The notes under the pieces were generated by a model. The model was not told the DNA's origin and did not search any database. It saw nothing but the letters and a program-made list of their open reading frames with translations. A stretch of DNA of 64,000 nucleotides. Source: a virus. Positions 8,449 through 17,816 of the stretch are shown piece after piece. The stretch lies in IMG/VR virus record IMGVR_UViG_3300042888_002402. One strand, written 5' to 3'. The translations under genes were made by a program, and so were the position numbers. How positions within the stretch are numbered: the stretch's first letter is position 1; each line of letters opens with the position of its first letter.

Positions 8449-10128
8449 ATGGTAACAAGTAATAATTTTTTTGGCAACAACGGCGGCGGAGCAGCATTTG
8501 GTAACCCTACCATTGCTCGGCAAGGTCAAACATCTGGGGCAACTCAGATTAGCAATGCAGGAGCTGGTCGAGGATTTGTTAATCCAACTTTTGTTGATCC
8601 ATCTTTGTCTCCTCCCAAGGCGCCTGCTGCACAAGCCAAAACCAATGCGGTTTATTCTAGTCTAGTTGATGCATTGAATCAAAATCAAGCAAAGTTAGTT
8701 CGAGACCGCAAACAAGAAATTGCAGATCAGTATATTATAGAATTTGCACCACAAGACTTGGCTGCCAGTGGATTAAAAAAACCCGGCGAAGTGAATTCTG
8801 AAAACACTGCCATGCAAAACAACAACACTGCAGCCAGTGTGTTAAATCCATCAACCAACTTTATTGACTACAATAGTCAAGGTTGGCAAGTCACTGCTGG
8901 CACACAAATAGTACAACTAATTGATCAAGTCATGCGCAGTAGTACCTATATAAGCAATCAACAATCAACAGTGATAGATGATGACGGGCAAAGTAAAGCA
9001 AATCCTTCATCTACTGCTAGCACCGCATGGTATAAAATTTCAGTGCAAGCTACACCACTGGGCTACGATCATATCAGACATGATTTTGCCTATCAACTAA
9101 GATATGTTATAAGTCCTTATGCCATAAATCAAGCTGCCAGTCAATATTTTCCAGACAGTAGATATCGAGGAAGTCATAAAAGCTATAACTATTGGTTCAC
9201 TGGATTAAACACACAAATACTAGATTTTGCGCAAGAGTATAACAATCTTTATAGAATAGTCATAAGTGGTATTGGAGCTGATCTCAAACAAAATGTAACT
9301 AGTGATTTTAGAGATCAATTTCGTAGAACTTATATGCCTACCAGTGCAGTGCAAACCCAAGGCGGCAATCCCAACTATGTTTCAGAGCCAGGCAGCAATC
9401 TGGCAGATTTTTTATACAGCCCTACAGACCAAGCCAAATGCCGGCTTAAAATTGTAGGAGATCCTGCATGGTTGCAACAAGGAGAAGTAGGGCCTGGCAT
9501 TGGATCAGTCACTCAATTTGATTTTCGTCCTTTCAATGCTGACGGTAGCATAAATTATGACAGTCAACAAGTTGTATTTGACATCAGTTGGAATAGACCT
9601 TCTGATTATAATCTCAGCACCGGTACCGTAGACATTCAAAACAACAAGTACGGCCAGCCATTGGAAAATGTAACATACACTGCAATCAAATGCAAAAGTA
9701 CATTTAATCGCGGCAGATTTGAACAAGAGATAGATGGTCGGGCTCTGATTGAATTTAACAAAAATGGACAGAGTCAAGCAGCAGCTGATGCTGAGGGTCG
9801 TAATGCTGGAGGAGGTCAAAGTTCAAGTGCATTTGCTGCAGTTGATCCACGCAGGGTTGACCTAGCAAGAACTGGAACTGGCAGCGGAGCAGGTTCCAGT
9901 GCATTTGCTGCAATTGATCCACGCAGAGTTGACCTAGGGATCAACCCCAGTCCAGACTCAACAAGTCAAGTATCACCAAGTAATCCTGCTCCGCAGCCAG
10001 CAACACCACCTACTGCACCAACCAGCAACGGCGATATAAATTCTACCAACGGCAATACTCCACTGGATCAAACAGTTGGATACGACAACGCAGATCAAAC
10101 ATCACAATTCATGAATAGGGAAGCATAA
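8449..10128 (+). CDS. Virion baseplate hub/tail protein, C-terminal part (gp27/late-control-D-like position)
   Basis: GTQIVQLIDQVMRSS, K.YNYWFTG.NTQILDF, LKIVGDPAWL, STFNRGRFEQ; directly upstream of the gp5-like spike. Confidence 0.5.
   Translation: MVTSNNFFGNNGGGAAFGNPTIARQGQTSGATQISNAGAGRGFVNPTFVDPSLSPPKAPAAQAKTNAVYSSLVDALNQNQAKLVRDRKQEIADQYIIEFAPQDLAASGLKKPGEVNSENTAMQNNNTAASVLNPSTNFIDYNSQGWQVTAGTQIVQLIDQVMRSSTYISNQQSTVIDDDGQSKANPSSTASTAWYKISVQATPLGYDHIRHDFAYQLRYVISPYAINQAASQYFPDSRYRGSHKSYNYWFTGLNTQILDFAQEYNNLYRIVISGIGADLKQNVTSDFRDQFRRTYMPTSAVQTQGGNPNYVSEPGSNLADFLYSPTDQAKCRLKIVGDPAWLQQGEVGPGIGSVTQFDFRPFNADGSINYDSQQVVFDISWNRPSDYNLSTGTVDIQNNKYGQPLENVTYTAIKCKSTFNRGRFEQEIDGRALIEFNKNGQSQAAADAEGRNAGGGQSSSAFAAVDPRRVDLARTGTGSGAGSSAFAAIDPRRVDLGINPSPDSTSQVSPSNPAPQPATPPTAPTSNGDINSTNGNTPLDQTVGYDNADQTSQFMNREA
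9826..9937 (+). repeat. 40-nt direct repeat, 2 copies (9826-9865, 9898-9937), encoding SAFAA(V/I)DPRRVDL
   Basis: AGTGCATTTGCTGCA(G/A)TTGATCCACGCAG(G/A)GTTGACCTAG; 2 mismatches, 72-nt period, in frame. Confidence 0.9.
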
Positions 10129-11702
10129 TGGCAGGAGAAAATCTACCACGAAGTACAGGCAGAGCAAGTAATTTTAAATTTGACCGCGGAGGCATGCCTG
10201 CTGAATTTGGGCCGTACATTGGAATGGTCAAAAATAATATCGATCCAACCCGCCAAGGAAGACTACAGGTATACATTGAGCAATTTGCCTCTGGCACGCC
10301 AGACAATCCAAATTCATGGCGAACAGTTAGTTATTGTCCACCTTTCTACGGACTAACTCCTAAGTCCGGAACCAGTGCTGGAGTTGGCGGATACACTCCT
10401 GGAAATCAACAAAGTTACGGCATGTGGTTTACACCACCGGACATTGGAGTCAGTGTATTGTGTGTGTTTGTGGAAGGAGATCCCAGTAAAGGCTATTACA
10501 TAGGTTGTATTCCAGAGCCTGGTATTAATCACATGATTCCTGCCATTGGAAGTGCACCAGCTGCACAAGCCACCACACAAAATGACACACAGGCCAGTTA
10601 TTTCAATGGATCTGCTAGTTTGCCAGTTACTGAAATAAATGCTGACAACACTGCCATTGGTGATAGTCCACAATTTTGGAAACAAAATAAACCTGTGCAC
10701 AGTTATGTGGCTGCCACCCTGTTTCAACAAGGACTGATCAATGATCCTGTGCGTGGGCCTATTGCATCAAGTAGTCAACGAGAAAGCCCTAGCAACTGTT
10801 ACGGCATTTCAACTCCGGGCCGTGCAATTTATCAAGGCGGAATAGATGACGCTGATGCTGGAGACACAGCTGCACAATTGACACCGCAAGATGTTAATGT
10901 GATTGGTCGACGTGGAGGTCACACTTTTGTAATGGACGATGGCGATGTAAACGGCAGCAATAATCTTGTACGGATTCGCACTGCCAAAGGTCATCAGATC
11001 ACCATGAGTGATGATGGCAATGCTTTTTATATCTGTCATGCCAATGGTCAGACCTGGGTCGAACTTGGTCAAGAAGGCACACTAGATGTATTTTCAACCA
11101 ACAGTATAAACTTACGTACACAAGGTACATTGAATTTTCATGCAGATCAAGACATAAACATGTACGCTGGCGGAATTGTAAATATCAAAAGCAAAGGTTC
11201 AACTGCTATTCAAAGCGATGGCAATATGAATTTTGCCAACAAAGGTAGTATCACCATGTATGCCACAAAAAGTATGGGAATTAAAGCAGGAACCAGTTTG
11301 GCTATTAGCAGTAATTTAGGCAGTTGGAGTGCAGGAGCAACATTGAGTTTGTCAGGCGGACTCATATTCTTGAATGGTGGCCCTACACTGCCTGTCAGTG
11401 CGCCCACTGGTATAACAAACTACATACAACCAGATGTGAAATTTAACGCCTCCTCGGGCTGGACCGTGGACCCGGCAGGTCTAACCAGTGCAGTGACCAG
11501 AGCACCCACGCATGAACCTTGGCCTTACCACAATCAAGGAGTGCAAGCCAGCGTAAATTTAGGAACTGCACAACCAACTTCTCCTCCTGGTGCTCCTACC
11601 ATGCCGGCTGATATCAGTATAACTGCCACTGACACTGTGACATCAGTGGCCACTGATGCCATTGATCAGTTTAATACAGATTCTGGGACAAACTTTCCAT
11701 AA
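10128..11702 (+). CDS. Baseplate central spike/hub protein, gp5/VgrG-like (OB fold plus beta-helix)
   Basis: GPYIGMVKNNIDPTRQGRLQVYI OB-fold start, GMWFTPPDIG.SVL, GHTFVMDD, IRTAKGHQI, then short beta-strand repeats; no embedded T4 lysozyme domain evident. Confidence 0.8.
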   Translation: MAGENLPRSTGRASNFKFDRGGMPAEFGPYIGMVKNNIDPTRQGRLQVYIEQFASGTPDNPNSWRTVSYCPPFYGLTPKSGTSAGVGGYTPGNQQSYGMWFTPPDIGVSVLCVFVEGDPSKGYYIGCIPEPGINHMIPAIGSAPAAQATTQNDTQASYFNGSASLPVTEINADNTAIGDSPQFWKQNKPVHSYVAATLFQQGLINDPVRGPIASSSQRESPSNCYGISTPGRAIYQGGIDDADAGDTAAQLTPQDVNVIGRRGGHTFVMDDGDVNGSNNLVRIRTAKGHQITMSDDGNAFYICHANGQTWVELGQEGTLDVFSTNSINLRTQGTLNFHADQDINMYAGGIVNIKSKGSTAIQSDGNMNFANKGSITMYATKSMGIKAGTSLAISSNLGSWSAGATLSLSGGLIFLNGGPTLPVSAPTGITNYIQPDVKFNASSGWTVDPAGLTSAVTRAPTHEPWPYHNQGVQASVNLGTAQPTSPPGAPTMPADISITATDTVTSVATDAIDQFNTDSGTNFP

Positions 11703-13930
11703 TGTCTATATTTAAATACACACTGGCTTCGGGAGATAACTTTACTCTTAGAGCTCCTGCAGGAACCACTCAGGGGCAAGCCGACTCGGTATTTTATTCG
11801 CAAGTGGCAGCAGGTAGTCTAGTAGGATATGCGCCAGGGCAAACTCTTACCAGTGCGTTTGCACAATCAACAAAATTTCAACTAAGTCGTTTAGATCGCG
11901 GCAGTGCCGGAGTAGATGATATTGCAGTGTTGTCAGTGATATCTGGGCTTCCGGTAATTTCTGCAACATTGCCATCATCAATTAACACTGCGTTATCAAA
12001 CCCTGTAAACGCTGGAAATGTCATAGGCATTGTGTCAGACAGCACTGGATACAACAATGGCAGCAATCTCAATGCTCCTGCTATTGGACCACTGAGTTCT
12101 GCTCAGGTGCAAGCGGTACAGGCACAGATTATAAATTTTGTTAACCAACCTGCAAACACAATAACAGTACCAGGTGCTGGTGCCAGTGGTGCCGGCGTTG
12201 GCCAATACGGATTTACTGCGCAACAACTGGAACAGTCCGGCTATCTTAAGCCTGGTATCAGTGAATTTATAACTAATGGTAACGAAAGCATAACCGGTCC
12301 AACTGACTTTCCTATAAACACGTTGGTTCATTATGATGTGACAGGTGTACCAAACACTACTTTTAGTTGGCAATCCATTGGGAGTTCAAATCCCAATGGA
12401 TTCACTCAAGGAGGGCCGTTTACTTTCGACGGCAATGGCACTATTCTACCTATTTTCACCCAACATGGTATACCAGGCACTTATCAATACTATGGATTTT
12501 TTAGCACAGGACATACTTTTACTTGGACAATGTATGTTCCGTTTGTTGGTAAAATTGGCCCAAATTACACAAAAAGAACTGCAGGAAATTTTGTACAAGT
12601 GTTGGATGCTCCTGGAGTATGGACTGGCAAAGATGGCATCAACTCATTAAATAACTTGTTGGCAAGTCCATTGGTACAAAATATTGCTCAAACCACACTG
12701 ATGCAAAATGCCTACAGCGGGTTAACAGCAACAGGAGTGATACAACCACCAGTGACGCAACCTTCAATCAGCCAAGGACAAATATATACACAAACTGGTT
12801 TACAACAAGTATCAGCAGTGAGTTTAGCAATTAATTCTGCACTAGCTGTTCCTGGAGTGGTGCAATCTTCTTTGTCAAACTTTCCAATAGTTGCACTGAC
12901 ATCTGCCGCAGTTGCAGTGACTGACACATTGGCCAGCGGCGCCATTGACAATCTAAACACTGGCGCTTATTCCATAGTGTCAGATAATACTAGTCGAGTC
13001 AATAGTATAGTCACCGGCACCACGGCGGCATTGGTATCCACTGCTAGTAAATTTGGTACTTTAGCAGTGAATAATTATATCACTCAAACTTTAGGCAGCA
13101 ACCCAGCATCAAGACTAGCACGAACTTATGTAAACAACGCTATAAATCAAGCTACAAATAGTGTAATAAGAGGAGTTTCTTCCACAGTAACAGGATTAAT
13201 AAACGGCACTACCAGTATCAATCAAATTGCCACATTGGCAAAATCATCTGATTTTGCCAGTACACTGGCTGATCCCAGCACTGTGTTGTCTTCAAGCAAC
13301 ACTGGCGAAATAATAGAGTCGGGCATTAACAATGTAACAAGCTTTGTTAACAGTGCTGGAACTAACATTAATAATGCAGTTGACAGGATAACCGCTGGAA
13401 ATTTCAATTATTCAGGGCTGGCACAAGTTGGCATAGGATTAGCTGCAAACAGATTAGGAATAAGCCAATCTACTGTTAATGCTGTACAGACTGGATTACA
13501 GGTGGCCAGGGCACTGTCCACTGGTGGCCTAAGTGCTCTTGCAAATCCTGGTGTGATACGCAGTATCACTGGATTGCTTGGAGGAAGTAGTTTACTGAGC
13601 AGTAGTTCCTTGAGCGCATTGAGAACAGTGGCCAGAATACCGGGACTAGGAGTAATCATGGGCGGCCTCCTGGGCGGTGGTGGCTTGGCCGGACAAACTA
13701 GACAAGCAGCAGGATTTAGCAATACTGTCAATCGTGCCATAGTAGATGTGGCGGTTTCAAAAATCTTAGGCAGTAATAAAATTCCTGCGCCAGTCTATGG
13801 ATACCCATCTCGTCGAGCATTGGCGCCAGCAACAAATATATTGCAAGCTCAGAATGTATTGGCTAAATCTAATTTGCCAACTCAAGCAGTTTTAGGTGGA
13901 CAATCTATTGATATATCTGGACCAAATTGA
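11702..13930 (+). CDS. Virion protein with a split lysozyme-like motif and Gly/Ser/Ala-rich C-terminus
   Basis: GVGQYGF...LEQSGYLKPG and GVWTGKDGINSLNNLL...Q resemble motifs of lysozyme-like tail domains; lies between the gp5-like and gp25-like genes. Confidence 0.4.
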   Translation: MSIFKYTLASGDNFTLRAPAGTTQGQADSVFYSQVAAGSLVGYAPGQTLTSAFAQSTKFQLSRLDRGSAGVDDIAVLSVISGLPVISATLPSSINTALSNPVNAGNVIGIVSDSTGYNNGSNLNAPAIGPLSSAQVQAVQAQIINFVNQPANTITVPGAGASGAGVGQYGFTAQQLEQSGYLKPGISEFITNGNESITGPTDFPINTLVHYDVTGVPNTTFSWQSIGSSNPNGFTQGGPFTFDGNGTILPIFTQHGIPGTYQYYGFFSTGHTFTWTMYVPFVGKIGPNYTKRTAGNFVQVLDAPGVWTGKDGINSLNNLLASPLVQNIAQTTLMQNAYSGLTATGVIQPPVTQPSISQGQIYTQTGLQQVSAVSLAINSALAVPGVVQSSLSNFPIVALTSAAVAVTDTLASGAIDNLNTGAYSIVSDNTSRVNSIVTGTTAALVSTASKFGTLAVNNYITQTLGSNPASRLARTYVNNAINQATNSVIRGVSSTVTGLINGTTSINQIATLAKSSDFASTLADPSTVLSSSNTGEIIESGINNVTSFVNSAGTNINNAVDRITAGNFNYSGLAQVGIGLAANRLGISQSTVNAVQTGLQVARALSTGGLSALANPGVIRSITGLLGGSSLLSSSSLSALRTVARIPGLGVIMGGLLGGGGLAGQTRQAAGFSNTVNRAIVDVAVSKILGSNKIPAPVYGYPSRRALAPATNILQAQNVLAKSNLPTQAVLGGQSIDISGPN

Positions 13931-13972
13931 TGCATACAGCACTGCCGCATGACAACCTCTAATTTGCCACGG

Positions 13973-13978
13973 TAAATA
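13973..13978 (+). promoter_or_regulatory. Putative late promoter GGTAAATA, 4 nt before the gp25-like ATG
   Basis: GGTAAATACAACATG in the intergenic gap; no Shine-Dalgarno sequence. Confidence 0.55.
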
Positions 13979-13982
13979 CAAC

Positions 13983-14357
13983 ATGGCCACATTCATTGGA
14001 TTTAACACTATCAATCAGTATAAAAAATTTACTGTGGTTGATTTTGACTTGATCAAAATTGATCTTTTAAATGCGTTTAACATACGTCAAGGACAACTAG
14101 TGGGACGTCCAGGATACGGCACTACACTTTGGAACAACTTGTTTGAAAATCAAACACAAGAAACTCTGGCCAGTGTATACAACGAGATCCAAAGAGTTGT
14201 GTCAGGTGATCCCAGAGTGTATGTGAGCTCTCTACAAGTGTTTCCGCAACAAAACGGTTTATTAATACAACTTGCACTGGCAACAGTTGCTGGACAAGAT
14301 GCCAAACTACTGAGTATATTCTTTGACCAGGGTGTCGGGGTTGCTACCTACGTTTAA
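13983..14357 (+). CDS. gp25: Baseplate wedge subunit, T4 gp25-like
   Basis: LIKIDLLNAFNIRQG...RPGYGTTLWNNLFE...IQRVVSGDPRV fits the gp25/GpW pattern; 124 aa, upstream of the gp6-like gene. Confidence 0.85.
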   Translation: MATFIGFNTINQYKKFTVVDFDLIKIDLLNAFNIRQGQLVGRPGYGTTLWNNLFENQTQETLASVYNEIQRVVSGDPRVYVSSLQVFPQQNGLLIQLALATVAGQDAKLLSIFFDQGVGVATYV

Positions 14358-14378
14358 CTACGCAGTTTATTTTTTCCA

Positions 14379-14384
14379 TAAATA
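14379..14384 (+). promoter_or_regulatory. Putative late promoter (CATAAATA) before the gp6-like gene
   Basis: TAAATA in the intergenic gap, followed by an AGGAAG RBS and ATG 14403. Confidence 0.5.
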
Positions 14385-14402
14385 ATAAGAATAGGAAGAG
14401 AC

Positions 14403-17400
14403 ATGGCAACAACCACAAGACAGACAGTAATTTTTGGTGTTGAAGATTGGAAACGAATCTATCAAACTTACCGAGAAGCTGACTTTCAAAGTTACGATTT
14501 TGAAACACTACGCAAAAGTTTTGTAGATTATCTGCGATTATACTATCCAGAAACATTCAATGACTACATTGAATCATCAGAATTCATTGCCTTGTTGGAT
14601 GTCATGGCCTTTATGGGGCAAAGTCTTGCATTCAGGTCTGATCTAAACACACGTGAAAACTATTTAGACACTGCTGAAAGACGAGACAGCGTGGTTAAAT
14701 TGGCCAACTTGGTCAGTTATACTCCTTTGCGCAACACTGAATCATCTGGCTACCTCAAAGTCTTCAGCGTAAAAACAACAGAAAATGTCACTGATTATAA
14801 CGGAGTCAATCTTGCCAACATCACAGTTAACTGGGCTGATCCTAGCAATCTCAACTGGCAAGAACAATTCACCAGTATTATCAATTCTGCGTTAGTAAAC
14901 ACACAACGCTTTGGCAAACCAGGGAACGACCAAGTTATTCTTGGAGTGGATACTCAAGAGTACACTGTAAATCTAGTGCCAGGTTTTCTTCCTGTGATTC
15001 CATACACTGCAACCATCGACGGAATCAACATGCCATTCGAGGCAGTGAGCGCAACCAGCTCAGGTCAAACATATATCTACGAGCCACCACCGCTGCCTAA
15101 CGGACAATTTAATATGTTGTTTAGAAATGATCAACTGGGATTTAGCAGTGCCAACACAGGATTTTTCTTTTATTTCAAACAAGGCGTGTTGCAAAATCAA
15201 GATTTTAACTTGCCAGAACGCATCAGCAATCGCCAAGTCAATATCAATATTGAAGGCATTAATAACACTGACGTTTGGTTGTATCAATTGGATAACGTTG
15301 GCAATATAACCAGTTACTGGCAGTTTGTACAGAGTGTATACGCGGCAGCAGTTGAACAACTGACGCCGGGCACAAGAGACATCTATAGTATAACCAGTGC
15401 CACCAACGATCAAATTATATTAAACTTTGGCGATGGAGTTTTTAGCACTATACCAGTGGGAGCATTTCGCACGTATGTACGGTCGAGCAATGGATTAACT
15501 TACATTATCAATCCAGAAGAAATGCAAAGTGTTAGCATACCAATTAGTTACGTTAGTCGCACAAATCAAATTGAAACTATAACTTTTACTTGTGGAATTA
15601 CCAGCCCAGTGACCAACGCTCAGGCTCGAGAAACTCTGGAGCAAATTAAACAACGAGCTCCTGCACAGTATTACACACAAAATCGTATGGTCAATGGAGA
15701 AGATTACAACAATTTTCCATTTACTCAATACAATAGTATTTTAAAAAGTAAAGCATTGAATCGTGCATCCATTGGCACCAGTCGATATCTTGATCTTGTG
15801 GATGGTACAGGAAAATATTCTAGCACTAATATTTTTGCCGCTGATGGTGCTTTGTACGAAGCCAACACTTTGCCGGCATTCCAATTTTCCTGGCTAACCA
15901 TTCCGGACATTTCGGACGTGCTCTACAATCAAATTAATCCTTTGTTGATCAAAGCTGGTCTACAACAATTTTATTACGCTAATTTTACAAGACCAGATTT
16001 GTCCGTGCTAAATTATACATGGCGTCAAAGCACAGTAATTACAAACGAAACCACTGGATATTTTCAAAATGCTGCAGGCACTCCGGTGCCCATTGGCACC
16101 TATGCCAGCAACAATGCCAAGTACATAACCGAAGGCAGTCTTGTTAAATTTGTTCCTCCCACTGGATATTATTTTAATTCAGACAATCAATTGGTAGCTG
16201 GCATCCCTGGGCTGGCCGGCGATAAGTTAGTAATATGGGCAAGCCCTACCGCAGTTTATCTAAGTGGAACTGCCAGTGGATTTGGCAATTTGCCGTCGGG
16301 TGTGGGCCCTGTTGTGTTGAATAATTTTGTACCCACTGGTGCAATACCCACACAAGTTATTCCAGTGTTTGTAACTGATATTCCTGTGAGTGTTCAACAA
16401 AATATTGTAAATCAAATTTATTTGAATCAAAATTTTGGCATTGGTTACAATAATATAACTGCCACTTGGTATGTTATAACTGCTAACAATCTTGCAACAA
16501 ATGCTGCATTTAGTTTGACCAATCAACAAAGCACTGCTGGTACAAATAGCGACGCTTCGTGGTTGATACAAGTTACCACTACTGCGTCGGGCTTGGCCAA
16601 TTACACAGTGGTGTCAAGAAGTTTAGATTATTATTTTGGCAGTGTTATAGACACAAGATTTTTCTTCTATACCAATCAACCAATTTATGACTCGCGCACC
16701 GGAACTGTGATCAGAGATTTTGTCAATGTATTAAAAGTTAACAGTCAACCTGACAGCAATTTCCCATTGGCAGGTGATAATGTGTTGACCATTATAGATC
16801 AACCTGTGCTCAGCGATGGATTGGTTGACGACTTTCAGGTGTTGGTTAGTTTTGCTACAACACCGGGTGATTTGATACCCATAAACCCTGACTTTTTCAA
16901 TGATATCGTGGCCCCTAATGTTAACGCAAATCACAAATTAGTTTTTTTGCAACAAACAGTGGACTTTGATAATCTTCAACGATACTTGTTGGTTGCATCA
17001 GGAACAGTTAACAGTGACTATGCTACGTTGGGAGCAATTGAATTGGCCATAGCACAGTACAATCTTGGTCAAGTGTTTTATGCCTATCAAGATCAGGTGT
17101 TCTATACCCTTGCAGTAAACTCTGCAGGCGACACCATACTAACTGTCAATTCAACTTATATTGCGTATACTGGTAGACAAAGTTTGTACTTTCAATATAG
17201 ACACAACAGTCCATTGACCAATAGAATAGATCCTGGATCAACAAATATCATTGATATCTATATTGTAACCAATTCTTATTACACTGCTTATACAAATTGG
17301 TTACGCGATTCCACAGGAACAGTGCCGTTACCATTGGCACCCACCATTGATGATCTCACAACTGCATACGTTGGACTACAAGATTACAAAATGATATCAG

Positions 17401-17816
17401 ATAATATGATATTAAATTCTGTGCAGTTTCAGCCATTGTTTGGCAGCAAGGCCGCACCAGCTTTGCGAGCCACAATAAAAGTCATACAATCTACACAAAG
17501 CACTGCCAGCACCAGTGAAATAAAAAATCTTGTTGTGGCCAATATGAACGCATATTTTGACATAGCAGTTTGGGATTTTGGACAAACATTTTATTTTTCA
17601 GAACTGGCTGCATACATACATCAACAGATAGGCGACATAGTTAGTTCTGTTGTGCTGGTTCCTTTAAATCCACAAAAGAGTTTTGGCGATTTATACGAAA
17701 TCAGATGTGCACCTAATCAAATTTTTGTGAATGGTGCCACTGTTAACGACATACAGGTCATAACTGCATTGACCAGTACAAACTTACAAACTGCTCCTGG
17801 CAGCGGAGTAATTTAA
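14403..17816 (+). CDS. gp6: Baseplate wedge subunit, T4 gp6/baseplate J-like
   Basis: DFETLRKSFVDYL...FNDYIESS...LLDVMA...ENYLDTAERRDSVVKLANLVSY, FGDGVF and ETLEQIKQRAPAQYYTQNRMVNGEDY are gp6 hallmarks. Confidence 0.88.
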   Translation: MATTTRQTVIFGVEDWKRIYQTYREADFQSYDFETLRKSFVDYLRLYYPETFNDYIESSEFIALLDVMAFMGQSLAFRSDLNTRENYLDTAERRDSVVKLANLVSYTPLRNTESSGYLKVFSVKTTENVTDYNGVNLANITVNWADPSNLNWQEQFTSIINSALVNTQRFGKPGNDQVILGVDTQEYTVNLVPGFLPVIPYTATIDGINMPFEAVSATSSGQTYIYEPPPLPNGQFNMLFRNDQLGFSSANTGFFFYFKQGVLQNQDFNLPERISNRQVNINIEGINNTDVWLYQLDNVGNITSYWQFVQSVYAAAVEQLTPGTRDIYSITSATNDQIILNFGDGVFSTIPVGAFRTYVRSSNGLTYIINPEEMQSVSIPISYVSRTNQIETITFTCGITSPVTNAQARETLEQIKQRAPAQYYTQNRMVNGEDYNNFPFTQYNSILKSKALNRASIGTSRYLDLVDGTGKYSSTNIFAADGALYEANTLPAFQFSWLTIPDISDVLYNQINPLLIKAGLQQFYYANFTRPDLSVLNYTWRQSTVITNETTGYFQNAAGTPVPIGTYASNNAKYITEGSLVKFVPPTGYYFNSDNQLVAGIPGLAGDKLVIWASPTAVYLSGTASGFGNLPSGVGPVVLNNFVPTGAIPTQVIPVFVTDIPVSVQQNIVNQIYLNQNFGIGYNNITATWYVITANNLATNAAFSLTNQQSTAGTNSDASWLIQVTTTASGLANYTVVSRSLDYYFGSVIDTRFFFYTNQPIYDSRTGTVIRDFVNVLKVNSQPDSNFPLAGDNVLTIIDQPVLSDGLVDDFQVLVSFATTPGDLIPINPDFFNDIVAPNVNANHKLVFLQQTVDFDNLQRYLLVASGTVNSDYATLGAIELAIAQYNLGQVFYAYQDQVFYTLAVNSAGDTILTVNSTYIAYTGRQSLYFQYRHNSPLTNRIDPGSTNIIDIYIVTNSYYTAYTNWLRDSTGTVPLPLAPTIDDLTTAYVGLQDYKMISDNMILNSVQFQPLFGSKAAPALRATIKVIQSTQSTASTSEIKNLVVANMNAYFDIAVWDFGQTFYFSELAAYIHQQIGDIVSSVVLVPLNPQKSFGDLYEIRCAPNQIFVNGATVNDIQVITALTSTNLQTAPGSGVI

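Noticed and set aside
9826-9937. CRISPR-like repeat-spacer-repeat (40-nt repeats, 32-nt spacer)
   Set aside because: Only two copies, in frame within a coding region, encoding a peptide repeat; no cas genes in the window.
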